Source: Takakia lepidozioides (taxonomy: Eukaryota > Plantae > Bryophyta). Taken from it: a stretch of DNA of 64,000 nucleotides. The stretch covers positions 33,170,001-33,234,000 of the forward strand of contig CM060732.1 of assembly GCA_030704615.1 (NCBI GenBank). Reading direction: 5' to 3'. Within the stretch, counting starts at the first letter, position 1. The number at the start of each line of letters is the position of its first letter. A program made the translations under genes and the position numbers. The notes under the pieces were generated by a model that made no database searches, was not told the origin of the DNA, and saw only the letters and a program-made list of their open reading frames with translations. Of the stretch, positions 37,661-50,669 are shown piece after piece.

Positions 37661-40600
37661 ATGGCTCCGAATTCTACGCTATAGTTTGCTGTCCTCCGCA
37701 ACTTGGGAGAGCCTGGATCCCAAACAAGGGAGGACTTTGCAGAGTGACTGAAACTTACCTTTGTTCCAAATTCAAGCTCAACCGGCACAGTTTATTTGGA
37801 AGAAGAAAGGAAGGATGTTCCTGGACAGGTTGACGAGACATTGTCGTGCTAGGTAACGACGGAGGTTGCGGAATCGAATGGCACGTTCCCCCGTCAGACA
37901 CCATCCTGTACCGAGCTGTGGGAATGCCCATTCCCTTTCCGAATCAGTCGCTGCCCACACCATCCACAAAGAAGTCCGGAAACCGAGAGGCGCCACTGCC
38001 AACAGAGAGGTATGCAACGATAATCATTCCCGACCTGGACCGTCAAGACCCTCCATAGCTTCTCGTGTGGACGTATTCGACATTTCGACGAGGAAGATGA
38101 TTGCATTGAGGTACCCATGTCCTCCACACGGTCGTTCAAATCCGGCATGGACGTCTCTGTAGGTGCTACGCAATGTGCCCTCGAGCATAACTCCAACCCG
38201 GTCCATTGTGCAGCTCCTACGACAACATCACCTCGATGGTTCTCGCTCCGAGCTGGCTGCTCTCGACTATGCCAAATTCCCAGTCAGAAAGGTAACTTTT
38301 CTGCCTCCCGAAGTCGATGGCAATGTCATCTTCGAGTTTCCACCTGTTTCTTCGTCCAAGAAAGCCTCCGGGATGTTAACAGACATGGATCGAAAGCATG
38401 ACGGACACCCCTGTGTGTGACGAAGACCATAGCACGAAAATTGCTGATGGTGTTCGGGTACGATATGTCCTCTGTGCGGGGAAGCTGAGGTGCCTCAATC
38501 CCACCTGCTTCCACTTTCTCTCCAAAGGAGGGCGGAGAAACGAGACGGATTGGACTGGCACAAAACGCATCATCCATTCATTGTCTCCAGCCAAGCTCCT
38601 GCGGGTTCTTTCAAGTGTGCACATTGCAAAGAACCACCGACGTGCTGTCCATGTGCAGAGCCAAGCAATATTACGTAATCCATTTGCTCCCGGACTTGAC
38701 TAGAGCTTGCATACACGTTGGGGTCCACTGCCACCCCTTGGCGAGAGGCAACATGCGTGAGGGCTGTGCAGGAAGACAGGACATCATAAAAGAGGAGGTG
38801 AAATTGAGCCCCGGAGCCAGACCAAAGCAGATTCAGCTGAAGGCAGCCCACAAGATTGCTCTTGGCAAAATCATGTCTGAAGATGGTTCCGACCGAAAGC
38901 CCTTGACCGAAGACGAGATGCGTGACCTCTTGGAGTCCGTCTCGCACGTTTGTAGTCCGAATGTGCGGAATCACATCGTATCTTGCAAGCAGGAGTTCGG
39001 CAGGGGGTCGGACATGTACTCAATCCTGGAGGTGAAACGAATGACTGGATATGACTACATCCAAGGTAGCAGGTTTCCAGAGCAAGGCAGCGAATCGATC
39101 GTTGTTACATTTTCAAAATGTCGACGTGTGGGCCTGGGAGTGGAGTCGACTTGGTCACTCGCATGACAACTGGAAAACTTGTCGAATGCTTGGGTGATGT
39201 TTGATCACATCAAGCGAATTACAAACCATCAGTGGGTGACTATGGGTGCGCATGTTTATGACTATCACTCCAAGGCTCATGACGATTGCATCTGCGAGAT
39301 GAAAGGGGAGGACCACAGTCCGAGATGCATCTGTGGGAGGCATAAACCAGCAGATGGCAAGGGCGGGATTGCCAGCGCCCATTTCAGGGGATTCATGGCA
39401 GACAACGCTCAGGCCAACTGGGCAGCGGTGCGGCGTGTGTACGGTGAGGACCCCAATGTTCCAATGGAGGGGAAAGAGAGATCCTGTGGATTCCATTGGA
39501 TGCAGAGTCTATCCCACTACACTACCAAAATTTGTTGCTAGCTCATTCAGGCTGAACACGTGTCTTTGTACGGCGTGGAAGGATGCACCCACATTTTGAT
39601 GACGCGGAGGTTAAGTTTGCTATCATCGAGGCTTGGTGGAACACGTCAGGTGCAGTGGAGACAACCAATCTGGGAGCATTGCACAGCTGGTTGGGGTGGT
39701 GGCATTTCGGTATCGACAGTTCGGACAGTACATGCGGGAGGTAGGCTGCTGTCAATTTCGTTCATTTGTCTTTCTGTTACGGACATTTCGATTGGTCCCT
39801 CACCGTTGTTTGTGTCCTTCTAGGAGCGGTGCTTGGATTCCGACACGGACATGCCGACACGAATATGGCAGAATCGGTCCACTCCTCCTGGCGAGCGTCT
39901 TCTGCCGCACATCTGGTGGACGTAGTGACGGCCACAACGGAGGACATCGACAGAGCAATCATGCAGCAAGCCACGTACTACAAGTTCCTGAGCGGCAAAC
40001 AATGGGGCTTTGGGCCGGACAGGAGGAATTGTTGGTACGAACAGCTTCGAGGTCCAAGAATCCAGTGAAATGGGCGACATCATTGCGAGAGAAGATCAAA
40101 GGGACGCCTCTGCACCGCAGAGGTGAACACCTAGAGGGGGACGTCCGGACTCGCCCTGTCAGGCGGAGGATTGAAGAGGAACCCGGGGCGAAGAGGATTC
40201 CTGGAGATCCGACAGGAACATTCGGACAGCACCTCGAGGTCCCGTCATGTTGCCGCACAATGTGTCTTCCAGCAGTGGAAGCCAAGAAATTCCAGATCGC
40301 CGTCGCCTTCAACCGGGGATTTCGTGCAACAAATTCCCACCGCTCCCTTGCCCCACATTCCGCCCGCTGTTATGCAGTATGGCCAAGCCATTGTGGAGAC
40401 GACTGTGTCTGCCTCACAGTGGAGAATTGCTCGCACAAAGCCGTCGTTTCGAGGAAGGTGTTCCGCAATTCGTGTGGATACACGGCAACGTTGTTTAGAG
40501 ATGATAAGGAGGAATCCAGATGGGGCTGTCCCTGCTCCTACTTTTACAGGAAGATTTGTCCATGCAAAGTTTGCGGAGGCGACAACCACCCAGTTCTGGT

Positions 40601-41250
40601 TCTGCAGGCACGACATTATGACTTGCGTGTATGGAAAGCCCAAGTACGGCATACAGACAATGCCAGAGGCTCCCCCGGTGTGGCCGGTGGAACCAGGCTG
40701 CGATCTGAGTCAGGTTGAGGCCGACGCCCTTACCGCCGCAGGATTTCGGATGGTGCCGAGCACTGACGTGCCCAGACATCCATTTCCGCTTCCACAGCCT
40801 CCACCACCGACCCCTGTGAGAGCAAGAACAATGGGACACGACAGCTCTAAGCATCCTACACACCGTTGGGGGAAACCGAAGAGGCGGCGACCTCCCTCAA
40901 AAGTGAACGAGACAAGGATGGGGAATGCACTTCGGATGAACTGTACAATCCAGAGCTCGACAGAAGTGCCCCCACCAGGATTCGGGCGTGTGTATCAGAT
41001 GGCCACGGCGGGCTCAGCTGTTCGCAATGAGGTGTACACCATCACCATTTCAGAATTACCCACCTGCAATTGCACCGACTTCCAGATCATGGCGAACAAG
41101 GGGGCATCATACTGCCCTTGCAAGCATTTGTACTACGTGTACCTAAAGAGACTCCGTTGTAATTCCACAACTCATCACTTCATACATGCACCAGGGTTGA
41201 GCCCCCAGGAGGTTCACACTCTTCTGAATATGGATCCAGGGGACCAGTGA
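37661..41250 (+). pseudogene. MULE transposase, lineage A (A2 copy); frequent 1 bp indels to ~40280, then an intact C-terminus with SWIM
   Basis: Near-identical to 2291-5886. ORF 40171-41250 retains RHDI and the CAG that is a stop in A1. Confidence 0.9.
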
Positions 41251-42096
41251 GCTTGGCTTGCGGTCCACATACAATGGTACGCCCATCCTTTTCGGATAGT
41301 AGAACTGTACTGCTGCCAGTACCTCAGACTCTCGCCACAGAAAGGTCCGACATATGTCTTGCCTACCAGTAACCTGTTTTGATCGAACTAAGATATTACT
41401 ATATCGTTCACTTGTTTCCACGTGCATGTATTTTTATATGTTGGAGGGTTCATGTTTTTCTGCTTTCCGAAAACTTGCTCTCCTCATTCGACCTCCGACA
41501 AGGAAATGCGGCGGCGAATTTCCAAGTATCGTCGTAGGTACCCCCAGAGGCGGCCTTACACCAAACCGCTCCGAAATTTCGCACGTGCGAACCCTAATGC
41601 GGCACCCTATTTCCCAGTTCAGTTGCAAACCTTTCCCGCCGAATACCCGAAGAAGACAGAATTGTGAAGTACTGCAGACTGTATTGGTGCAGACTCCATT
41701 GGTTCAATCGCGGCAAAAGGGTCAGCTTCATTCCAATGTTAAGGCATGTAAAACCGCGGAATACTCTATACAGGCCAGTATGCGACGTCCTTTTGCAGTG
41801 GTATACTGGATTTCCCGTTGCACGGTCACTTATTTCCATGAGCGGATCTATAAAACCATGAGCGGACTTGTTACTGACGACATATCTTCGCCGCATTACA
41901 TGATCTGGAACGTCCAAAAACGGCAAGGTCAAATAAAAAACTATTATTTTAATACTTGTTTAATCTGCCGCATTTCCAAATTTGGAGGAGTCCGCTCATG
42001 AAATCCGCGTATCTTAGACTTCGGCTCACCGCTCATGCGGCTCATGCGGCTCATGGCTCATGGCTCATGGTTTCTGCTCATGAAATAGTAAACCTC

Positions 42097-43031
42097 TTCC
42101 TCCACTGGCAACCACTTTCATTTGCAAATTCTGCAAAACTTGTACCATCCTGCCTGGCGCTGTGTGGAGCAAGAATGTACTATGTTGTCCACCGTTTGAA
42201 AACAATGACAAGAGCTTGTGTGCATTTCGGTTTCCATAACCATCCTGTCTCGAAGGGGGATTACATGGAGAGTGTTGAGACAGTTTCGAGGTTGATTAAA
42301 CAGGAGTACGAGATAAACCCATTCGCAACAACATCTGCAATTGCTCTTGGGGCAAGCAAGTCCTTCTTGGAAACCCATATTTTGAGTGAAGGGGATTATG
42401 TGGGGACTAAACTTGACGGTGCAGCATTGGACGTTGTCATGGATTATTTCTCCACTTTGAGTTCACCCAACATTCGGCATCAGATCAATGCATTGAGAAT
42501 GGGCTCTAGGATTAGAGGCTACATAGACAACATTTTGGAATTGAAACGACTGAGCATGTACGACTACATCCAGGACAATGTTTTTCCAGGTCAAGGTGCC
42601 ATCAAAGTGTTTCTTTTCAAAATGTCGACTGCTGGGGAGAGCAGTGGGGTTAGCCTCATGAAGCGGATGCTGAAGACTGGGGACCTGCACAATTGTTTTC
42701 TTATGTTTGATCATGTGAAACGAGTGAAAGATTGGACGACAATGGCTTGTCATGTCTACGATCCAGTGTATCAACGAGTTATGACAATTGTAGTTTGTGA
42801 CATGCAATCCGAGGATACAGAATCCCAGAAGCTCATGTGGAATTCCCTTGTACGTGTTATGGGGTGCCATCTCCAAATTTCGCTGGTTTCATGGCAGATA
42901 GTGCACAGGCAAATTTCAATGCAGTTCAAATTGTCTTCGGATCAAGCGACCCAAAAGTGCCAATGCCGGGAAGAGAGCGTACATGTCTATTCCATTGGAC
43001 ACAATCTTTGGAGAAACATACAAAGTCGGAC
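42097..43031 (+). pseudogene. MULE transposase, diverged lineage C, 5' fragment (cut by A2 on the left and B2 on the right)
   Basis: RACVHFGFHNHP, FLMFDHVKRVKDWTTMACHVYD, GFMADSAQANF, ERTCLFHWTQSLEKHTKSD. Confidence 0.9.
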
Positions 43032-43252
43032 GGGGGCTGCTATTTCATGAGCGGCATGAGCATGAGCGGGAAAAAAAAAAGCATGAGCAGACCATTGTGA
43101 GTCCACGGAAATAGGGTTAGGAGGCACGGAAATAGGGTCATGTGAAGTTGGAATGTGGCACCAGTGGACTTGAAATGCAACATTTTATTGCAAATTTTGT
43201 GGCAAGCCACGTCTATACAAGTGTGTTCTAACTGTCATAGCCGGAATGGGCA

Positions 43253-46200
43253 CTACTCTCCTACACCCTCCGAGGAACTTGCCCCACCTTCTTCCTCATC
43301 CCCCTCGTCCTCGGAGCTCTGTGATGCATCAGTTCCACTATGCCTCTCAAAAATCCCGTCCTCTCCTTGGGGGACTGTCCACCTCACCTCCTGGGAATCT
43401 TCTGCGTCTTCTCCCCCACTTTCCTCAGCAGAATCCAACACAAATCTACGAGCCCGACGGGCTCTAATAGCTGCTGCCTCCTCCCTCATCTTCATTTTCT
43501 TGAGGCTTGCCTCGTCTAAAATCTGTTGTACACGACTACATTCGGAACACCTCCGAATGGACACCGAAGCAAGCCGGGCAGCATAAGTAGGAAGGATGTA
43601 CTCCCTTTCTGGACTAGGCATGAAATCCCCCCTGGCAAAAAAAAGCACGTTCCTCCTGCCCATGAACTCCGGTGTAGACGTCCCTCCGGCAGTACTTGGC
43701 ATCCTACAGTAAGAACAAATCCACTTCAAGAATGTCAATACCAGCACAACCAGAAAGGGTTTTCAATGAAATAAGAGAGCGGAGGGAGGTGCCTCACGAA
43801 ATCTGGAGGCAACTTACAATGCCACCACTCATTCGTAAACCGGGGGCTCCTCGGCCTCGATCCCAACTTCCTCCCCCTGCTCCTTCTCGGATTTTTCCTC
43901 ATCCTCCGAGGATGCCTCTTCCTCTTTCGGCAGACGTTCAGCCGCTGCAAGTTCCGAGTTGTGGAGGGCAGTATCTGGCTCGAAGGCGAACACATGCCTG
44001 TCGGACAACGTCCCTGCCCACATTGAAGCACCTGAGGAACAAAGCGGGCGGTTAATAGCTTGCGGCATGCAATTGCAATCGGGCCAGGGGACAAACTGAG
44101 CACGTGAAGGCTTACCCGTGCCGCATGTGAGGTCCAGAATCCGCCCTTGGACATCCGAGCACGTCTCCATGAGGGTTTGGATGAAAGCAGGGCTCCGGGT
44201 CCGGCTGTACCGCCACGGTTTGCCTGTCTTTGTGTCCTTCGGCATACTAGAGTGGGGCACATAGTTGTAGATGACATCGTAGGTTACAGGGTCCACAACG
44301 GCATCAACAAGACGACCGTCGTTGCGGAATTTGAACGTAGACCCTCTCTTCACAAAGCAATATGCCTCAAACACCAATGTCTGCACATCCAACAAAGAAG
44401 GGATCAATTCCAGGGTCTACTTAACATACACCACAATATGAAGTGAATGCAATAGATTGATAACTTCCACTTTGGCCCTCTGTTCGCAACCCCTGCGTAC
44501 TGATGCAGAACCATTTTCTGAGGAGGACCGGGGTGACACTTTTCGGTGTCCACCTTGCCACCGCATTCTCTGTGGTCTTCCCTCTCGTGGCAAGGACAAC
44601 CACACATCCACCGTCATCCAGAAGCATCCCTGCCAGCCCAAACTCGGCTTTCCAGTAGTCCTCAGTAAACCTGTTCCAGGTGGGCACACCATCCAGGCCC
44701 TCCAGCAGCTCCCCATCTGGAATGTCGAGGAGAATCATGTCCCAAGCTCTCTCCACCTCAACCCCCCCCCGAGTGCTCTTGCAATTCGTGCTCACAGCCG
44801 TGAAGAATTCCATCATGGCTTCAAAACCAGGGGTGTCTTCAGGCTCTGTACCGCCAGCCCTCTTCTTGGCTTTCCCCTTCTGCTCCGCCAGAGACTTGTT
44901 GTGTGCCACCTTCTTCGTCCTGGCAGCGAGAGCGTCAAGGAAGCTCTCATTAACGCATTGGATGATGGTTGGAGGTTCTAGCTTTGGCCTGTGCGTAAAC
45001 GTCACCGCTGAATACCGGCGTGTAGGCTCGCCCTCAAATGCCAACTTCTTGGCAGAGCCAGTCCCACTCCGAACTGACTTGGGAACCCGGACGACCGGTG
45101 ACTGGGTAGGAGCAACAGTAGTCGCAAGACCTTGAACAAAGTCGTCGTCCGAGTCACTCTCTTGGGTCCCCTCCTGCGCCTCCTCCGATGCCCCGATGGT
45201 TTTCTTCTTTTTGGGTGTTACTGCACTCACCTGTTTCCTTGTCTTTTTCCTTTGACCTTTACTCTTCTCATGCAATTTCTATTGAATTCCTGCCTGAGCA
45301 AGCTCTGCCGCTTTCCTGGAGTTCGCAAGCGCTTTTGCCTCTTTTGCACCCAACGGAGGCAGCGGAGCCCGGTTTCGTCGGAATTCAGCATCCAGCTTCA
45401 ATTGAAACCCGGATGGGTCGAGCGAGCCGGGCGGAAGGTCCACATACCAAGGGCAATCACGCAAATGTTCCAGATGCCACTCCTTCACAATATCGTCAGT
45501 GTACATGGAGTCAGCCCCAGGGTTCCTCCATGCCAGGAAGAATGGTGGCTCGAAAGACAGATGACCTTTCTCCAAAAGGGAGAACTTACAGTACCTGCAT
45601 TCATGAAAAACACAATGAGGTCCCTGAAATGCATATTCCGCACCATTTTCCCAGGTTGGGGCGGATGTGAGTGGGCCTAGAAATGGAAAAATGGCGCCGA
45701 ATTTCGGTTTTCGGTGACTGCCACCCTAGGGACTTAGCCATCTTGGGAGCCCTGAACTGGAAATTCGGCGCCATTTTTCCCGGTTTGGCCCGAAGATGGC
45801 TAAGTCCCAGAACCGCAATAGGGCCTAGAATTGGAAAAATGGCGCCGAATTTCCAGTTCAGGGCCAGCCACCCTACGGACTTAGCCCGGAAATGGCTAAG
45901 TCCCTGAACGGCAATAGGACCTAGAACTGGAAAATGGCGCCGAATTTCCACTTTGGGGCCAGCCACCCTAGGGACTTAGCCCGAAAATGGCTAAGTCCCT
46001 GAACGGCAATAGGGCCTACAACTGGAAAATGGCGCCGAATTTCCACTTCAGGGCCAGCCAGTCTAGGGACTTAGCCCGAAAATGGCTAAGTCCCTGAACG
46101 GCAATAGGGCCTGGAACTGGAAAATGGCGCCGAATTTCCAGTTCAGGGCCAGCCAGTCTAGGGACTTAGCCCGAAATGGCTAAGTCCCTGGACGGCAATA

Positions 46201-49200
46201 GGGCTTGGAACTAGAAATTCGGCGCCATTTTCCAGTTCCGGGCCAGCCACCCTAGGGACTTAGCCCGAAAATGGCTAAGTCCCTGGACGGCAATAGGGCC
46301 TAGAACTGGAAAACGGCGCCAAATTTCCAGTTCCGGGCCAGCCACCCTAGGGACTTGGCCCGAAAATGGCTAAGTCCCTGGACGGCAATAGGGCCTAGAA
46401 CTGGAAAACGGCGCCGAATTTCCACTTCAGGGCCAGCCAGTCTAGGGACTTGGCCTGAAAATGGCTAAGTCCCTGAACGGCAATAGGGCCTGGAACTGGA
46501 AAAGGGCGCCGAATTTCCACTTCAGGGCCAGCCAGTCTAGGGACTTGGCCCGAAAATGGCCAAGTCCCTGGACGGCAATAGGGCCTGGAACTGGAAAACG
46601 GCGCCGAATTTCCAGTTCCGGGCCAGCCACCCTAGGGACTTGGCCCGAAAATGGCTAAGTCCCTGGACGGCAATAGGGCCTGGAACTGGAAAACGGCGCC
46701 GAATTTCCACTTCAGGGCCAGCCAGTCTAGGGACTTGGCCTGAAAATGGCTAAGTCCCTGAACGGCAATAGGGCTTGGAACTGGAAAAGGGCGCCGAATT
46801 TCCACTTCAGGGCCAGCCAGTCTAGGGACTTGGCCCGAAAATGGCCAAGTCCCTGGACGGCAATAGGGCCTGGAACTGGAAAACGGCGCCGAATTTCCAG
46901 TTCCGGGCCAGCCACCCTAGGGACTTGGCCCGAAAATGGCTAAGTCCCTGGACGGCAATAGGGCCTAGAACTGGAAAACAGCGCCGAATTTCCAGTTCAG
47001 GGCCAGCCAGTCTAGGGACTTAGCCCGAAAATGGCCAAGTCCCTGAACGGCAATAGGGCCTGGAAGTGGGAAATGGCGCCGAATTTCCAGTTCAGGGCCA
47101 GCCAGTCTAGGGACTTAGCCATTTTCGGAGCCCTGACTGGAAATTCCGCGCCATTTTCCCTAACACCACATGAGGCCTCTAACATCCTGAAATGCAAGGA
47201 CTTGAAAGAAAGACAACGCGTATGTACTTGTACAGAAGGCGCATTGCTGCTTTGTCCGCGTTCGGCTGGTCGGTGAACTCGCGGCTCCGGCGAGCATCTG
47301 CTATCTCCCGAAAGAATAGGTTGGTTTTGTAGAGCAGAAAGTACCTCGTCACATAGTCACGTAGGCTCTCTGCTGCAGGAGATATCTCCATCTTGAACTG
47401 ATGTGCTTGTGTGTCCAGCTGCTCTTGCGCATTCGACGTCACTTGTGGAGATTCTCCATCAGATCGCTTTCCTCAAAAAATACAATGAATCCACCCCCTA
47501 CTAGAGTAGAAGCCCCAAACGAAGCGTGGGGAAGTACCTGAAACCACCATGTCATGCGGTTCATCCACATGTCGAATGTGGGGTCAGAGAGTTTGTCCGG
47601 TTTGGGGAAGCTCCACATGTCCCTGGTACTTTGGGAACCATTCCAGATTTGGAGCCACCGGGTCTGTCCAACCACCCAGCATATTCGTAAGCGCCAAACA
47701 CCACAAAAAGGAGTTGTTGCCACCACAATTTGGTTAAGAATGTATCACCTTTTCTGTTGCATCCACACAGGATGTGGCTAGACAATGGAGCTTCTCCAAT
47801 GTCATCGTGGGCTTCAGAGCGCGAGAGTAGTGCTTCCCCACCTCCACCAGAAAGTCGGCACCAAGGGCGGGATCAGCTATGGCCACATACTTTACCATCC
47901 GCGACTTGTACTTTATGCGGGCCCTCACCTCCGCAGCTTTGACATACGATTCGAGTTCCGGGAGGGTTGGATTCTTCTCCTCTGACTCCATGTAGAACCT
48001 CCGCGCATGTGCCAAATCATGCTGTATTTTCGTCTGTCAAGAATGCGCACATAAGATTAGAGATCCTGCTCAACACAATTTCTTCTATTGGGGGAGGAGA
48101 TTAGAAATCACGGCGAAGACCTTTTCTTCTATTGGGGGAGGAGAGACAAATTAGCTCAACAAAACTGTCAGGAGCTTTACCCGAAATATGTAGTCCACCA
48201 TGGCGTCGACGCTTAGCCTATACCAGGTTCTGTCTGCCTTTGCCTCCGACTTGCGCAGGAGGTCGGCACTGAGGGAATTGGCAAACTCTTGCACCCCCTG
48301 CTTCCCGACATCCTTCACTCGGAAGAGCATATGGGACAAGTTGGTGGCAATGAAGGCATTCTCAGTCACCTTGCAGTGCCACATTTCCATCAAACAATAC
48401 TGAAATGGGAATTTCCATCATATATGAGGATTCGCAATGAAATGACTTCCAAATTCAAAGTCCAAAAGCGAGAGGGGTTGTAGCTTATGAGTTGATGTCG
48501 GCCATTGCAGCTTTGAGAAGACTGCGATCTTTGGGCTCCGCAACCTTCAGCACAACACAATCCACGGCGAAATGCCAATCGAGGTCGTTGGGGTGGGCTT
48601 GGGCAATGTGCTCCATCCATGCCAGGAGGCGATGATTGCCGTCCCACACGTAGAACATCTTACCGGACAAGTGCTGGAAAAGAGGATCACTAGCAATCGA
48701 TCTCTCGAACTCCTCATTTCGCGTTTGCCAATGGGGACCCCATTTGTCCACCTCATCGGAAGTGTGGGCACGGGAAGCTCCGTGGTCGTTCTCAATGGAA
48801 ACGTAAAACGCGGCAGACCCCATTCGATATCCATCCCGGAAAGAGAATTTCAGCTTGTCGATATCGCCTGGGAGGGCAGGTCTCACCACCTGCAATGACA
48901 CCAAGCGGCAAAGGGGAATTCGAAGCTTGGCCGGGTACACCATGCCCCCTAGCACCCTGCCAATGTTGCTGTGGGTTGCCTCCAACATCTTGGCAGCGGC
49001 CAACTTCATATCCGCCTCAGACATGACGTCTGCTGCAGAGGGTTTTCCGGCAGCCCACCAGGACCGCCAAATCCAGCCTGTATGCTCCGGGTTTGGGGCC
49101 TGGGGATGTCCGGGAGGATGTCATCCTGGTCAGAAAGCTCCCTGTCGTCCTCCTCAACAGGGTCAGCCACCTGCGAAACCACCTCCAGCACTCTCCCCGT

Positions 49201-50466
49201 CTCTACTGCCCTCTCCCTGGCTTCACCTCGAACTTGCACAATCCGTGCTCTTTCAGGTGTTCTTTCCTCTCCTCCACTCTCCACCGTATGGGTAATTGCG
49301 GGGGCTGCTCTTGCCCGCGATGGTCTAACCGGTGTGTTACTGCCTCTCTGTGGTGTCTTGGAGGGATCAACCGTCTCTGTGCGTCCCTCGCTTACATTGG
49401 CATCTGTCATTTGGGCACCCCTGGCCTCTTCAGCTGCCTTTTCTCTTTCCTCCTGGCTAGCATTCTGTCTCGTCTGTTCTTTTGCCCTCTCTTTTGCCCT
49501 CTCACGGGCTTTCTGTTTCTTACTAGGGCTAGCAGCAGGGGAGCCCTCCAGGACGACCACCTTTGATTGAGGCGAACTGACACCCTCGCGCGCACTGCTC
49601 ACTCCCCCCTCCGCAGCCCGTGACGGCTCTCTCGCCGGGGATTGCATGTGCTTAGCTTTCTTCTTTTTCTTTGCGTGGGCGGGCCCTACTACATGTGCAT
49701 GAACAACCTCCATTGCCGGATCTGCTGTCCTCATGTCCTCACGCCCTTCACCTGCCATGCCGCCTGCACCAACCTCCCCAAATGCCTATTCTGTCGTACT
49801 CTCGTTGCAAGTCCTCCCGTCCACCAACAAAAGGTTTAAGTTTGCCCTCTCGCCCCAAGTTGGGCGATTCAAATATGCGATGAGTTGGAGCTGTCGATGG
49901 TACCACCAGCGTGCCGGGCTCGTCGTCACTCTGTCATTGACAAAAATCGTGAAAACCAACATCGGTGCAAAAACCAGCATCGCAACGAGCAGCGCAACCA
50001 CCATAGCAACAATCGTGTAGCAAAAATGAAAACATAACAAGTTTAGGAAGTATGGAGAGCCATGCAACAACAATGAAAACAAATGCAACCATTGCCTGAG
50101 AATGACATGCACAAGCAACCTTCTCCAGAGCTGCCGGATTTGCACACGCATTGCAAACAATCTAAGGTTCACTCAACTATCTAAAGTTCACTCATCCAGC
50201 GAAGCCAGGATGAAGATGCAAAAACAAAGCGAGGTAACAAAGCGAAAGCAAAAAAGAAATCGAACAAACCGAAAACAGAAGTGGCTTGCTTGAGAGTACT
50301 CGGCCTCAGTTGGCGCGGGTTGTGAGCAAGACACTGGAATCTCCTGCTGGAGCTTCAGTTTGGCCATGCGAGAGATTGGCCGTCGTCCGTAGTACAGAGC
50401 TTTCAACTTCCGCCGCGGTCTGGATGTGAGGTCTCTCTCAGGAGAGCCACGCCCTTCAGGCGGCAT
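43253..50466 (-). pseudogene. ParB/Srx-like + beta-class N6A/N4C DNA methyltransferase-like cargo gene (B2 copy, best preserved; a few frameshifts)
   Basis: FYVWDGNHRLLAW (48629-48643); WDMILLDIPDG (44712-44726; motif IV position); KPWRYSRTRSPAFIQTLMETCS; GRILDLTCGTG|ASMWAGTLSDRHVFAFEPD (motif I/II, spliced over GT-AG intron 44032-44115); acidic tail. The start codon is inferred. Confidence 0.8.
45680..47160. repeat. Intronic minisatellite, 95 bp unit x~14, each unit with a B-type palindrome and a GGGACTTAGCC/GGCTAAGTCCC inverted pair (intron 45595-47227)
   Basis: GGCGCC centres at 45693, 45767, 45841, 45936, 46031, 46126, 46221, 46315, 46410 ... 47075. Confidence 0.95.
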
Positions 50467-50669
50467 AAGTCCCAGCCAAAAAGATCTCCTTTTTTGGGGT
50501 ACATGCCTCGAATAACATGTTAAGCCAAGATTAACATGAGATTTAGGGTACGTGTCCAGGAAGCCATGCGTCGCCAGCCCGAATGATAACCGACGGCGGT
50601 CGACATTTATTGCCCAACTGCGCAATTAAATGTCGGATGAAGCCCTCCATGTCGGATGAAAATCGACGT

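Larger units (their letters stand above)
27075..42096 (+). mobile_element. MULE-like giant transposon, lineage A, copy A2 (15.0 kb; both termini present, no TSD)
   Basis: Left end GGGGGCTGCTATTTCATGAGC, right end GCTCATGAAATAGTAAACCTC. The flanks TAGGATGC and TTCCTCCA differ. Order: ORF3(-), array, ParB-MTase(-), array, transposase(+). Confidence 0.85.

Noticed and set aside
43253-50466. Bacterial or phage contamination, or a restriction-modification operon
   Set aside because: The gene is split by spliceosomal GT-AG introns and lies within TIR/TSD-defined eukaryotic transposons.
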